Positions 34,637-44,845 of a stretch of DNA of 64,000 nucleotides are shown here, piece after piece (position 1 is the stretch's first letter; each line of letters begins with the position of its first letter). Location: IMG/VR virus record IMGVR_UViG_3300036770_008166, positions 1 to 64,000 of that record. The stretch is one strand, 5' to 3'. Both the position numbers and the translations under genes were made by a program. Below the pieces are notes generated by a model. It was not told where the DNA came from. It made no database searches and worked only from the letters and a program-made list of their open reading frames with translations. The DNA comes from a virus.

Positions 34637-35797
34637 ATGTATCATTACAATCACAAAGGTATCTATCGAGTTGGCAATCACACATATGCCAACAAATTAG
34701 CAGCGTGCTTGGAACTTAATGCCATAAATCACGATCTCAAGACTGGGCATCAACTGCACTGGGATTATCATGAACATGCATTTGATCAAGCCCAATGGCA
34801 ACAGGAACCCCCGGTGGCGATAAAGGACCTTTACAGAGAGCGGGCTCTGCAGTTGAGAGAAAACTATGATCATTTGGTGTTGTTCTATTCAGGAGGTGCT
34901 GACAGCCATACCATATTGAATACTTTTGTCACGAATAACATACATCTGGATGAGATTTTCTTGTATGGAGCATTCAAAGCTGAAGAAAAAATAAATCAAA
35001 AATTGGGCTGGTCGCGAAATCCTGGGTATTTCACACGCGAAGTCGCTTACATCGCTAAGCCTATGTTAGAACGCTTACAAAACACTCACAAGTTCAAAAT
35101 TACAGTTTGGGATTGGACCGACAGGACGATAGAAGCACTGAACAATCCAGATTGGTTTTGGGATGTAGGCACTAGATTCGCGCCCGATGCTGTACCTCGT
35201 CAATACCTGCACGAAGCCTTTAGACACAATGACAGATTTGAAGGCAAGGGCAAAAAAGTAGCATTCATATTTGGGGTCGATAAACCTCGATTGTTTCGTG
35301 ACGATACGTCGGTGTATTTCGCATTCATTGACACCATGTTGACCACTGCAGTTGGCAACAACAGCGACATCCACGGCCGTTATTGGGAAAACGATGAGTA
35401 TTTTTATTGGACACCAAACTTGCCAGCCATTCCCATCAAGCAGGCTCATCTGATTTACAACTACCTAAAACAACACAATCGATTGCACGAACTGACCCAT
35501 GTCAACAACAAAAATCAATTCCACATGGCTGACTACTATCACATGATCCACCCCATCATATATCCGGATTGGAACAATAGCACGTGGCAAATCAAAAAAA
35601 GCACCAACTCAGTGACCGATGAATTTGGCCAATGGTTTTTTGACCTGGCGCCCGATCACAGTAAAAAACAATGGCGAAACGGAATTTTGCAAATGGAGCG
35701 ATTGATCGGTCAAAGGCATTTCAATGATCAAACGGTTTGGCAAGGTCTGGTGGGCTGTTATAGCAAACTTTATCGAATTGGAGCGGTTGACCAATAA
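34637..35797 (+). CDS. adenine nucleotide alpha-hydrolase (PP-loop) family protein
   Basis: VLFYSGGADS and G.DKP. Confidence 0.6.
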   Translation: MYHYNHKGIYRVGNHTYANKLAACLELNAINHDLKTGHQLHWDYHEHAFDQAQWQQEPPVAIKDLYRERALQLRENYDHLVLFYSGGADSHTILNTFVTNNIHLDEIFLYGAFKAEEKINQKLGWSRNPGYFTREVAYIAKPMLERLQNTHKFKITVWDWTDRTIEALNNPDWFWDVGTRFAPDAVPRQYLHEAFRHNDRFEGKGKKVAFIFGVDKPRLFRDDTSVYFAFIDTMLTTAVGNNSDIHGRYWENDEYFYWTPNLPAIPIKQAHLIYNYLKQHNRLHELTHVNNKNQFHMADYYHMIHPIIYPDWNNSTWQIKKSTNSVTDEFGQWFFDLAPDHSKKQWRNGILQMERLIGQRHFNDQTVWQGLVGCYSKLYRIGAVDQ

Positions 35798-35888
35798 ATG
35801 TCCGTCCGGCTATAATATATACATGCTTCAAACACTATGTCTTAGGTGCCGGTTATAAATCTTTCAATACGCACATCCGGGATCACTG

Positions 35889-35917
35889 TTGACCAACAAT
35901 TAGCTGTTCAGTATAGT
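35889..35917 (+). promoter_or_regulatory. sigma70-type promoter (a second one at 35787-35816)
   Basis: TTGACC-N17-TATAGT; upstream TTGACC-N18-TATAAT. Confidence 0.65.
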
Positions 35918-35953
35918 TTATACACAACAACCAACTAGAAAAGGATTGATTCT

Positions 35954-37045
35954 ATGTCCGTAGAAACCCGTACCGTGACCGCGGTTGGTGCCCGCCGTGC
36001 TGTAATGAAGTGCTTCGCCAAAAAACGTCCCATGTTCCTGTGGGGGCCTCCTGGCATTGGCAAATCGGAAGTGGTGGCCCAGATCACCCAAGAACTGGGT
36101 GGCTTCATGATCGATCTGCGCCTGGGCCAGATGGATCCCACCGACATCCGCGGCATTCCGTTTTTCAATCGCGAGCTCAACAAGATGGACTGGGCACCGC
36201 CCATTGATCTGCCGGATGCGGAATTGGCCAGCCAGTATCCCATCGTGGTGTTGTTCATGGACGAGATGAACTCGGCTGCACCTGCGGTGCAGGCAGCGGC
36301 CTATCAGTTGGTGCTGAATCGGCGCATCGGCAAATATGTGTTGCCGGACAATGTCGTGATGGTGGCCGCAGGCAACCGCGAGTCAGACAAAGGCGTCACG
36401 TACCGCATGCCCACGCCCTTGGCCAATCGTTTTGTGCATGTGGAGATGCGAGCAGATTTCGCGACCTGGCAGGACTGGGCAGTGACACACGGGATCCACA
36501 AGGATGTAGTGGGCTACCTTTCGTTCGCCAAGCAGGATCTCTACGACTTTGATGCCAAATCCTCCAGCCGTGCCTTTGCCACACCACGATCCTGGTGCTT
36601 TGTCAGCGAACTCCTGGAAGACGAAGATCTCGACGACGTCACAGCCACTGATCTCATTGCTGGTACCATCGGTGAAGGTCTGGCTGTCAAGTTCCAGGCT
36701 CATCGCCGGATCTCGGGCAAATTGCCCCGGCCCGAGGACATCCTTTCAGGCAAAGAAAAAGAACTACAGGTCAAAGAAGTGTCGGCCATGTACAGCCTGG
36801 TGATCAGCCTGTGCTACGAACTCAAGGATGCTCTGGAAGTTCGCAAGGTGGACCAAAAAGAGTTCCATGCCATGGCAGACAACTTCTTCGGCTACATGAT
36901 GAAGAACTTCGAGACCGAACTGGTTGTTATGGGTGCTCGCATCGCGCTGACCACTTACAATCTGCCGTTCCAGCCCACCAAGCTCAAGAACTTTGATGAG
37001 TTCCACCAGCGGTACGGCAAATACATCCTGCAAGCTAACAGTTGA
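35954..37045 (+). CDS. MoxR-like AAA+ ATPase
   Basis: GPPGIGKS, LFMDE, AAGN, LANRF and TPRSW. Confidence 0.9.
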   Translation: MSVETRTVTAVGARRAVMKCFAKKRPMFLWGPPGIGKSEVVAQITQELGGFMIDLRLGQMDPTDIRGIPFFNRELNKMDWAPPIDLPDAELASQYPIVVLFMDEMNSAAPAVQAAAYQLVLNRRIGKYVLPDNVVMVAAGNRESDKGVTYRMPTPLANRFVHVEMRADFATWQDWAVTHGIHKDVVGYLSFAKQDLYDFDAKSSSRAFATPRSWCFVSELLEDEDLDDVTATDLIAGTIGEGLAVKFQAHRRISGKLPRPEDILSGKEKELQVKEVSAMYSLVISLCYELKDALEVRKVDQKEFHAMADNFFGYMMKNFETELVVMGARIALTTYNLPFQPTKLKNFDEFHQRYGKYILQANS

Positions 37046-37053
37046 ATTAGGAT

Positions 37054-37815
37054 ATGAAAGATACCATACTGATTGTGGGTGACAGTTGGGGTATCGGCGA
37101 ATGGGATGGCCCAGACGGTATGGACAGGATCTGGCAGGTTCCTGTCTCGCATGCCGGTCTACAACACTTCTTATCGGAAAAAAACCAAAAAGTGATCAAT
37201 CTTTGTAGGCCAGGCGGAAGTAATGCCGATAGTTGGCACACTTGCTTGGCGGCGTTGACCAACAATCCAGATCTACAGAATGCTTTAAGATTCATAATCG
37301 TGTTTCAAACAGAATGGCAACGAGATATCTGTGAACATTGGCACATTGCCGAGGCTAAAGATTTTTGCCTCAAAGAGTTGAAATCTCGATGGATTTCAAG
37401 GATGTATTTAAAGATGTCTCAGCTCAGTGTAAGATATGATCTGCCGATATATTTTATAGGAGGGGCAAGCGACACTGTCTGGATGTCAAATTTTGAACAT
37501 GAATACCCAGGTCTCCAGATAGCCTGCCAAAGCATGACTAATTTTATGATCAATGATGACCACCGGATTGAGCATCCTATCATGATCAGTGTACACGCAC
37601 CATTGTTAGACAGCATTTGTTCGCTGAAGTCTGACAATCTATCTGCTATTGACAAAGAATTTGTGCTTCACGAAATTGAACAAAGTCGACGCAGACTGGA
37701 TATCTGGAGTCGCTATCCCCAATGGTTCTGGCCAGACAGTACACATGCCAATCGTCGTGGTCATAAAAAACTTTTTGATTATCTTTGCGCAACCATACCA
37801 AACTTTTTAATTTAG
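37054..37815 (+). CDS. SGNH/GDSL hydrolase-like protein
   Basis: IVGDSW...G.SN...D.TH.N..GH. Confidence 0.6.
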   Translation: MKDTILIVGDSWGIGEWDGPDGMDRIWQVPVSHAGLQHFLSEKNQKVINLCRPGGSNADSWHTCLAALTNNPDLQNALRFIIVFQTEWQRDICEHWHIAEAKDFCLKELKSRWISRMYLKMSQLSVRYDLPIYFIGGASDTVWMSNFEHEYPGLQIACQSMTNFMINDDHRIEHPIMISVHAPLLDSICSLKSDNLSAIDKEFVLHEIEQSRRRLDIWSRYPQWFWPDSTHANRRGHKKLFDYLCATIPNFLI

Positions 37816-38051
37816 ATCAAACTGCGCGGCTCGCATCCAGGGTCCGGATCGAATTCCGACCCTACAGCCACGGTGAAGTCCATGATCTACTAAGAGAGGT
37901 CGCTTTGGATTTTGGTCCACCCGGTGACCGTCGCCGATGGCGATTTGAAACTGCACAGACTCCGGACACCCAAATCAATGCGTGGATCATAGATTTCCTG
38001 TTCCCAGATCCTCATGATGCCATGATATTTGGTCTAAAATATTCGAGATGA
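37785..38051 (+). CDS. small hypothetical phage protein (start uncertain)
   Basis: C-terminal [14 protein letters not shown] resembles 20012-20230. Confidence 0.5.
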   Translation: MRNHTKLFNLDQTARLASRVRIEFRPYSHGEVHDLLREVALDFGPPGDRRRWRFETAQTPDTQINAWIIDFLFPDPHDAMIFGLKYSR

Positions 38052-39221
38052 TCAGCCCAACAATGTTTGTTTCGCTTTTTCAAAATCTGCCGGTATGGGT
38101 AGATCTCGACCGTCAATCCGACCATTGTTCCAGATTCTAAGGCACTGACCAAAATTGTCTACCAGCTCGCTGACAATGAGGCTGGGAAACACATTATAGA
38201 AATGCCAGCGATTGTGTTCCAGTACCGGCAGCATGTCTTGATAGAGATCACGTAGTTGACAGGTGGGCATGCTGGAGATTCGGACTATTTCGTTGGCTAT
38301 GGCATCCAGTCTTTGATCGTGATCCAACATGCGATCATAACTTTCGTCGATCCATTTATCAAAGGTCTGGAATCCGTACTGTCTCAGATACTGCAGGTTG
38401 CCCGGTGCGGCCACCAACAGGAAAGGCCGTTTGGCCACGATGGGCTTGAAAACTTTTTCAGTGAGATGTTGTTTTGGCTCGTAAAAAACCGTTTCGTTGA
38501 CCACATGAAACAGAGAAGTCTGCCAAAGTTGATATTCTCGAGCCCCAAATCTAGCACTGAGATTCCCGTTTGCCGTGATGCGATCCAACTGCCAAGGCAG
38601 ACGCAAGGTGGAATCAAGGTGTCGTTCGATTAGATTCCGGCTTTGGACAGATACTTGAGTATACATGCTGGCTAGTTCTGTCATGACATCACGCGAATCT
38701 GCATGAAAACTGATCGATCCCTTGTGGGCCACTTCTCGGTCCAGCAGTCTTGCCAACAATGAAATACGATATGATCTACGATGTGATATGAGATGATTGA
38801 GCGATAAGAATGCATTTTGTATGGCATGATCGACGTCAACATGCCGTGCATCACGATACCAATCCAGCGCGGCAAATCCATGATAGAAAAAATACCAATC
38901 CAACATGGATCGATCTTTACAGATCTGGCGCTTGATCTCAGAATGTTCGCTGTTAGCTAAAATTTTCAATTTCTTTACAGACCATGATGCGTGCAGTGCT
39001 ATACCGAGATCATATGCATGGCCTAGATCATGGTTCCAGAGCGGCTCTTGATCAAAATGGAACAACACATGATTAAGATCTGCCTGGCTGTGATACGGAA
39101 ACCATTCTTTTTGACTGAGATGATCCTGTGTACCCCAGGGATAATAATACCAACAGTCCAATCCGGCAGGCTGCAGGAGATTTTGGAACAGCACCCAATA
39201 GAAATTCTCAACTGAAATCAT
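38052..39221 (-). CDS. GT10-like 'ET...TEK' family protein
   Basis: VVNETVF...LTEKVFKPI...PF...GFQTF..WIDESYD. Confidence 0.6.
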   Translation of the reverse strand: MISVENFYWVLFQNLLQPAGLDCWYYYPWGTQDHLSQKEWFPYHSQADLNHVLFHFDQEPLWNHDLGHAYDLGIALHASWSVKKLKILANSEHSEIKRQICKDRSMLDWYFFYHGFAALDWYRDARHVDVDHAIQNAFLSLNHLISHRRSYRISLLARLLDREVAHKGSISFHADSRDVMTELASMYTQVSVQSRNLIERHLDSTLRLPWQLDRITANGNLSARFGAREYQLWQTSLFHVVNETVFYEPKQHLTEKVFKPIVAKRPFLLVAAPGNLQYLRQYGFQTFDKWIDESYDRMLDHDQRLDAIANEIVRISSMPTCQLRDLYQDMLPVLEHNRWHFYNVFPSLIVSELVDNFGQCLRIWNNGRIDGRDLPIPADFEKAKQTLLG

Positions 39222-39266
39222 ATCAATATGTACCACAAGGGCGCACACCACGTAATAATACAGCAC

Positions 39267-39295
39267 TTGACCAGAAAATCCCAATATCATATAAT
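39267..39295 (+). promoter_or_regulatory. sigma70-type promoter
   Basis: TTGACC-N17-TATAAT. Confidence 0.75.
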
Positions 39296-39317
39296 AATTA
39301 CAATATAGGAGAGATCA

Positions 39318-40595
39318 ATGACTGCTGCCGCAACAGATACCACCAACAAAGACGACGCCAAACGCTTTGCCAATCTCATTGGGCCCATGGATGCCAAAGT
39401 GGATCGCGAAGTGCGTGAACTCCTGGTCACTGCCCGCGTGGGCATGTTGCTCCGGGCTTCGTTCTTTGGCAACCTGGCCACCCGACTCAAGCTGGTGAAT
39501 GCGGACGAATGGTGCGCCACTGCTGCCACCGACGGCAGAAACTTTTACTACAACAGCCGCTTCATCAAGATGTTGAAGCCCAAAGAGATCGAATTCTTGT
39601 TCGGTCATGAGGTCTTGCATTGTGTGTATGATCATTTTGGTCGCCGTGGTGAGCGCGATCCACAGCTCTGGAACGTGGCCAACGATTTCTGTGTGAACGG
39701 CGATCTAAAGAAACATAGAGTGGGTGAATTCATCACGTCGGTGCCTTGTCTGTACGATCAGAAATACGAAGGCAAATCGTCGGAAGAGATCTATGACATC
39801 CTGTATGAAAATGCCGAAAAGATTTCCATCGATGACCTCATCGATCGTGTGCTGGACGAACACATGGATGGTGAAACCGAAAGTAATGGCTCTGGCAAAA
39901 AGTCGGGAGAAGGCAAAGGACGTCCGCGGCTGAGCGAAGAAGAAAAAGCCAAGATCCGTGACGAGATCAAGGAAGCCATGCTCAGTGCCGCACAGACCTG
40001 CGATGCCGGCAACTTGCCCGCAGGCATTAAGCGCCTGATCCAAAATCTCACTGAGCCCAAGATGAACTGGCGCGAACTGCTCCGCATGCAGTTGGAGAGC
40101 ACCATCAAGTCAGACTACACCTTTGCCCGGCTCAGCCGCAAGGGCTGGCATCATGAGGCCATCCTGCCTGGCATGAAGACCACCGATGCCATCGACATAG
40201 CCATCGGCATCGACATGTCAGGTTCGATCTCTGACGCCCAGGGTCGAGACTTCCTGGCCGAAGTGCAGGGCATCATGGAAGCATTTGATAGTTATCGCAT
40301 CCATGTGGTGTGCTTTGACACTGAAATCTACAATCCCCGGCAATATGATTCAGACAATCTCGAAGACATCACGGACTATGAATTGGCCGGCGGTGGTGGC
40401 ACGGACTTCGAGTGTGTATTCAACTATCTCAAAGACAATGACATCGAGCCCAAGAAACTGGTGATGTTCACAGATGGCTATCCATTCGGATCCTGGGGTG
40501 ATGAGAACTACGCGGATACCGTATGGATCATCCATGGCAATCCCACGCCAGATCCTCCGTTTGGCGTCTGGGCCAAGTACGGCGACACCGACTGA
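39318..40595 (+). CDS. DUF2201-type metallopeptidase-VWA protein (MoxR partner)
   Basis: TAATDG, HEVLH, WN.A.D, IDMSGS, GGGGTDF and FTDG. Confidence 0.85.
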   Translation: MTAAATDTTNKDDAKRFANLIGPMDAKVDREVRELLVTARVGMLLRASFFGNLATRLKLVNADEWCATAATDGRNFYYNSRFIKMLKPKEIEFLFGHEVLHCVYDHFGRRGERDPQLWNVANDFCVNGDLKKHRVGEFITSVPCLYDQKYEGKSSEEIYDILYENAEKISIDDLIDRVLDEHMDGETESNGSGKKSGEGKGRPRLSEEEKAKIRDEIKEAMLSAAQTCDAGNLPAGIKRLIQNLTEPKMNWRELLRMQLESTIKSDYTFARLSRKGWHHEAILPGMKTTDAIDIAIGIDMSGSISDAQGRDFLAEVQGIMEAFDSYRIHVVCFDTEIYNPRQYDSDNLEDITDYELAGGGGTDFECVFNYLKDNDIEPKKLVMFTDGYPFGSWGDENYADTVWIIHGNPTPDPPFGVWAKYGDTD

Positions 40596-40613
40596 TTTCG
40601 CCAGAATCACTCT

Positions 40614-40647
40614 AAACCCTGCTGATTTCCGTTGGCAGGGTTTTTTT
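40614..40647 (+). terminator. intrinsic terminator
   Basis: AAACCCTGC...GCAGGG-TTTTTTT. Confidence 0.75.
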
Positions 40648-40664
40648 GTGGCGTAAATATCTAT

Positions 40665-40847
40665 ATGGAACCCCAACAATTGACTGTGGCCGATATCGCT
40701 TCTATCAAAAGCTTGATTGAGGCCGCCTGTGGTCGAGGCACATTTCGAGCATCCGAGCTGAGCACTGTAGGTGCTCTGTACGACAAACTGGATGCTTTTT
40801 TAAACCAAGCCGCGGCAGCGGCCACTCAAGGAGATCAAAATGCTTAA
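40665..40847 (+). CDS. hypothetical phage protein
   Basis: LTVADI...RGTFRASEL..VG..YDKL; preceded by GTAAATA. Confidence 0.65.
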   Translation: MEPQQLTVADIASIKSLIEAACGRGTFRASELSTVGALYDKLDAFLNQAAAAATQGDQNA

Positions 40848-41529
40848 ACACATAGGCCGACACGGAGACCGCAAAGTAGCTATCGTATTCAGAGAAATAC
40901 CCGGTGAAGATCACATGTGTCTGGTGATCTATCCCGATGTGCTACCAACTCCTATCCACGATACTGTGATGAAAGTGTTAGAAAGCCCGGTAGGACAACA
41001 AGAAAGTGTGTTAGCTGATGCTCTGCACCGGAACCTGTTGCCGGACGGCCGAGCCATCCTGGAGGCTCTGCACAAGGAAGGCATGCTCAAAAAGGTCAGC
41101 ACAGAGCATATCATCATGACACCCACGGCCAACAGCACCGTGAGACTGGATGAGCTTAATCGACTGGTACGAGAAATGGAGCAAGGTGAAGGCGCCCGCA
41201 AACGCATGGCTGAATTAGACGCCAGTGCCGGTCTGGTAGATCCACAGACCAAACGCCGGGCAGAAGCCGAATTCAAATCACAACAGCAGCAAAAGGCAAC
41301 CAATCCCACTGATACCCTGGATGATAAAACCCTGGCTACAAACATGCTATCACAGGCAAAACGCATGGAAGTAGAGGCTCGAGGCTTGATAGCTGAAGCT
41401 GCTCGAATGAAGAAAGAAGCCGAACGCATGTTTCCTGGAGTGATGGTCACTGAAATCTCAGAAGCTCCAGCAGTTCAAACCAAAGCACGTGGACGAAAAC
41501 GAGCGGTGGCTGCAGATGCAGTTCAGTGA
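40840..41529 (+). CDS. hypothetical phage protein
   Basis: AAGGAG RBS; 229 aa. Confidence 0.7.
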   Translation: MLKHIGRHGDRKVAIVFREIPGEDHMCLVIYPDVLPTPIHDTVMKVLESPVGQQESVLADALHRNLLPDGRAILEALHKEGMLKKVSTEHIIMTPTANSTVRLDELNRLVREMEQGEGARKRMAELDASAGLVDPQTKRRAEAEFKSQQQQKATNPTDTLDDKTLATNMLSQAKRMEVEARGLIAEAARMKKEAERMFPGVMVTEISEAPAVQTKARGRKRAVAADAVQ

Positions 41530-41818
41530 TGAATTCATAACCAAATGGGAACACATTATCAAAGGTGTTGACGCCACTGAGGTGCCCATTGAATGCATCA
41601 AAAAAGTTGTGATCAAACTGTCAAATCGCAGACAACGTACCATCAACATAACGTCTCTAAAAAAACAGGGTCTAGCATTCGACGAGATAGAGATGGTGTT
41701 GGCTCGAAATTTAATGGACTATGATGACGAGCTCAGGGACATTGACTTTATACTGGACGTAGGTGCAGTGGCCGAAATTATACAGCCAGAAACAGATAAA
41801 TTGCTTAAGAATTTGTAA
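41516..41818 (+). CDS. hypothetical phage protein
   Basis: Coupled ORF upstream of thyX. Confidence 0.6.
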   Translation: MQFSDEFITKWEHIIKGVDATEVPIECIKKVVIKLSNRRQRTINITSLKKQGLAFDEIEMVLARNLMDYDDELRDIDFILDVGAVAEIIQPETDKLLKNL

Positions 41819-42501
41819 TGCATGTTCGCCTGGTATCCTATTCACGACCCACAGAGGAATTTGCCGAACACGGTATCACAGATGCGCAGGAACTTATTGC
41901 GTATTGCGCCCGTGTCAGCAACCCCGCCAACCAATTCAATACAGAGACATCAGAGAAGCTTATCCGATATCTTATCAAACACGCACACTGGAGTCCCCTC
42001 GAGATGGTGTCTGCTTGCATGGAGATCACTACAACCAGAGACATCGCGCGGCAGATACTGCGACACAGATCGTTTTCCTTCCAAGAGTTCTCACAGCGAT
42101 ATGCCGACCCGGTACAAGACCTCGAGTTTGAATTGCGGCCTGCCCGACTGCAAGACGCCAAAAACAGACAGAACAGCGTGGAACTGGACCTCCGAGATCC
42201 AGATCAAAGAGAATTGGCACGTCTATGGGTGGAAAAACAACAGGCTGTCATTAGAGCCGCTCGAGATGCCTATACCTGGGCTATCACGAATGGCATAGCC
42301 AAAGAGCAGGCTCGTGCCGTGTTGCCCGAAGGAAACACCCAGAGCCGCCTGTACATGAATGGCACCCTGCGATCATGGGTGCATTTCATCGAACTCAGGA
42401 GTGCCAACGGCACGCAGTTGGAGCACCAGGCAGTGGCGCGATCCTGTGCAGAGGTGATCGCTACTGTGTTCCCCATGGCCGCCGAATTCGTAGGCCAGTA
42501 G
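41818..42501 (+). CDS. thyX: flavin-dependent thymidylate synthase
   Basis: HWSPLE, RQILRHRSFSFQEFSQRY and EQARAVLP. Confidence 0.95.
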   Translation: MHVRLVSYSRPTEEFAEHGITDAQELIAYCARVSNPANQFNTETSEKLIRYLIKHAHWSPLEMVSACMEITTTRDIARQILRHRSFSFQEFSQRYADPVQDLEFELRPARLQDAKNRQNSVELDLRDPDQRELARLWVEKQQAVIRAARDAYTWAITNGIAKEQARAVLPEGNTQSRLYMNGTLRSWVHFIELRSANGTQLEHQAVARSCAEVIATVFPMAAEFVGQ

Positions 42502-42519
42502 CACAGTATCTGCTATACT

Positions 42520-42777
42520 GTGAGCATGAAGATCACTTTCCATACCTTTACCATGGGCGACGTGGAAGATCCTGACATCTATGCGGCCGAACCTATCTAT
42601 CGATGGCAACAGACTGAGCAGGGAACATGGGCGATGGAGCACGCGCATGATCTCACCTATTACACAGGAGCCGATCCTCACGGTTTTGGATATCTGATCA
42701 GCATCAGAGGCACTGTCAATGACCCCCGACGAGTCACGGAGTATTTCCTAAGATGGCCCAAGCAAGAAAAATCCTAG
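42520..42777 (+). CDS. hypothetical phage protein
   Basis: MGDVEDPDIYAA...YFLRW. Confidence 0.6.
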   Translation: MSMKITFHTFTMGDVEDPDIYAAEPIYRWQQTEQGTWAMEHAHDLTYYTGADPHGFGYLISIRGTVNDPRRVTEYFLRWPKQEKS

Positions 42778-43742
42778 TCACAGGAGGTCTTGGCCTGATT
42801 GGACACAATGTAGTCCGGCGACTGCACGACCAAGGTCACGAAGTCATCGTGACAGATATCTGCACCAACTACGGCATCGTGCCGCAGAGCGAAATCGACT
42901 ATCTTGTCCGAGAACGCAGGCAAAGATTAGATCCTAACACGCGAGTTTATGACATAGACATCGCGGATCAGGTAGGCATGGACAACCTCATGCGCAGCCA
43001 TCGATTTGATACCGTGATACACATGGCCAGCTTTCCCCGGCAGAAAGTTGTGAACGCTGATCCCATGCGTGGCAGCCGCACCATGAGCGAAGGGCTACTG
43101 AATCTCCTAGAACTAAGCTCAAGGCATGGGGTAGACAGATTCGTGTACATCTCATCCAGCATGGTGTATGGCGACTTTGCGGATCAGATGCGCGAGGATG
43201 CTGTGTGCAGACCTCAAGGTCAATATGGCATCATGAAACTGGCAGGAGAGTGGTTGGTGCGTGACTACACCCGGCGAGGCAGTTTTGATCATGTCGTAAT
43301 TCGTCCCAGTGCTGTTTATGGTGAACTGGACGTGGAGGATCGCGTGATTTCTCGGTTTATGCTCACGGCCCTGCGTGGAGGGGTATTGAAAGTCAACGGC
43401 GCCACCGAAACCTTGGATTTTACCTATGTAGAGGACGCCGCTGATGGCATCGTGAGTGCTGCCCTGCTACCAGTAGCCCGCAACAAGACCTACAACATCA
43501 CCAAGAGTCATTCCTGGAGCCTGCTAGATGCTGCCCGGCTGGCAGTAAGTATAGCTGGTCAAGGCTCAGTAGAAGTAAGAGACAAGGATGCTGATTTCCC
43601 CAGTCGAGGAGCGCTCAACATTGATGCTGCACGACGAGACCTCGGGTTCAATCCCCGGGTAGACATCGAAGAAGGATTCCAAAGATATCATGACTGGTTC
43701 CGAGGTTCCACTTACTGGAAGCAGCAGTTGAAACAATCATGA
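42753..43742 (+). CDS. NAD-dependent nucleotide-sugar epimerase/dehydratase
   Basis: TGGLGLIG, ISSSMVYG, YGIMK and DFTYVED. Confidence 0.9.
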   Translation: MAQARKILVTGGLGLIGHNVVRRLHDQGHEVIVTDICTNYGIVPQSEIDYLVRERRQRLDPNTRVYDIDIADQVGMDNLMRSHRFDTVIHMASFPRQKVVNADPMRGSRTMSEGLLNLLELSSRHGVDRFVYISSSMVYGDFADQMREDAVCRPQGQYGIMKLAGEWLVRDYTRRGSFDHVVIRPSAVYGELDVEDRVISRFMLTALRGGVLKVNGATETLDFTYVEDAADGIVSAALLPVARNKTYNITKSHSWSLLDAARLAVSIAGQGSVEVRDKDADFPSRGALNIDAARRDLGFNPRVDIEEGFQRYHDWFRGSTYWKQQLKQS

Positions 43743-44845
43743 CGGGACTGACGATACCGTTTGTAGGTCTGACCAAGCAATACAACAATCTCCGCACCGA
43801 GATCCTGGATGTCACCGATGAGGTCTTGCGATCAGGATCTCTCATGGACGGCAACTTCACGGCCGAATTTGAAAACTGGTTGGCCAGGCGCAACAGTGTA
43901 AAATATGCTGTGACCTGCCACTCCGGTACCCAGGCCTTGGAAATCATCGCTCACTATTACGGCACACAACACACTATGCCTAACCCGCCCACAGTGCTCA
44001 TCCCCGCGGTTACCTATGTGGCCACCGCCAATGCGTTCATGCGCGCAGGCTGGTCGGTACATTTTGTTGATGTAGATGCTTTGGGTATTTTTGACATGCG
44101 GTCGATACCAGATATAAGTTATCAGGCCATGGTCTTGGTAGGACTATATGGTGCTGCCATCACGCACATCGGCGATACCAAGATCTGGCGACAGACAGTG
44201 CTACGTGATGGCCTGGTGATAGAGGACGCTGCACAGCACTGGCTCTCCAGCGGTGCCATCAGGATCGGCCAGGCCGCGGCCATCAGTTTCGATCCCATGA
44301 AGAATCTCGCGGCATATGGCAACGGCGGTGCTGTTGTGACCAATGATGCTGATCTTTATCGGTATGCCAAGGCCTGGCGCAACAACGGCAAACCCGACCA
44401 TCATCATGCTGGTACCAACAGCAGGATGAGCGAGATAGACTGTGCCGGGCTCTTGGTCAAAACCCGCCATATCGACGATTGGCAGCAGCGTCGAGCCAAG
44501 ATAGCGCAGTTCTGGATAGACAAGTTGCAGTCATCCACTGTACGCTGTCTTATTAATCGTGACAACTGGCACGACCATTGTTATCACAAGTTCGTGATTG
44601 ATGTGGAAGCCCGCGACATCCTTCAACGCAATCTGGCCATACGAGGCATAGAAACACGCGTGCATTACAGCCAACCCCTGCACGAAATAGATATCTATCG
44701 CCAGTGGCCAGGGCCTTCATTCCTTAGTTCTGCTTCGGCACTGTGTCGCCGGGTGCTAAGCCTGCCGATTTATCCTGAGCTCACTGATCTACAGGTAGAA
44801 TACATAGCAGATCAGGTACGAGACTGCGTGACCAGTTCAGGATGA
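43739..44845 (+). CDS. DegT/DnrJ/EryC1/StrS sugar aminotransferase
   Basis: SGTQAL, IEDAAQ, SFDPMKNL..GNGG, NSRM and LSLPIYP. Confidence 0.9.
   Translation: MTGLTIPFVGLTKQYNNLRTEILDVTDEVLRSGSLMDGNFTAEFENWLARRNSVKYAVTCHSGTQALEIIAHYYGTQHTMPNPPTVLIPAVTYVATANAFMRAGWSVHFVDVDALGIFDMRSIPDISYQAMVLVGLYGAAITHIGDTKIWRQTVLRDGLVIEDAAQHWLSSGAIRIGQAAAISFDPMKNLAAYGNGGAVVTNDADLYRYAKAWRNNGKPDHHHAGTNSRMSEIDCAGLLVKTRHIDDWQQRRAKIAQFWIDKLQSSTVRCLINRDNWHDHCYHKFVIDVEARDILQRNLAIRGIETRVHYSQPLHEIDIYRQWPGPSFLSSASALCRRVLSLPIYPELTDLQVEYIADQVRDCVTSSG

Noticed and set aside
34637-35797. QueC to complete the preQ0 pathway
   Set aside because: It has SGGxDS but lacks the QueC C-terminal zinc-binding cysteines and lies far from the que genes.
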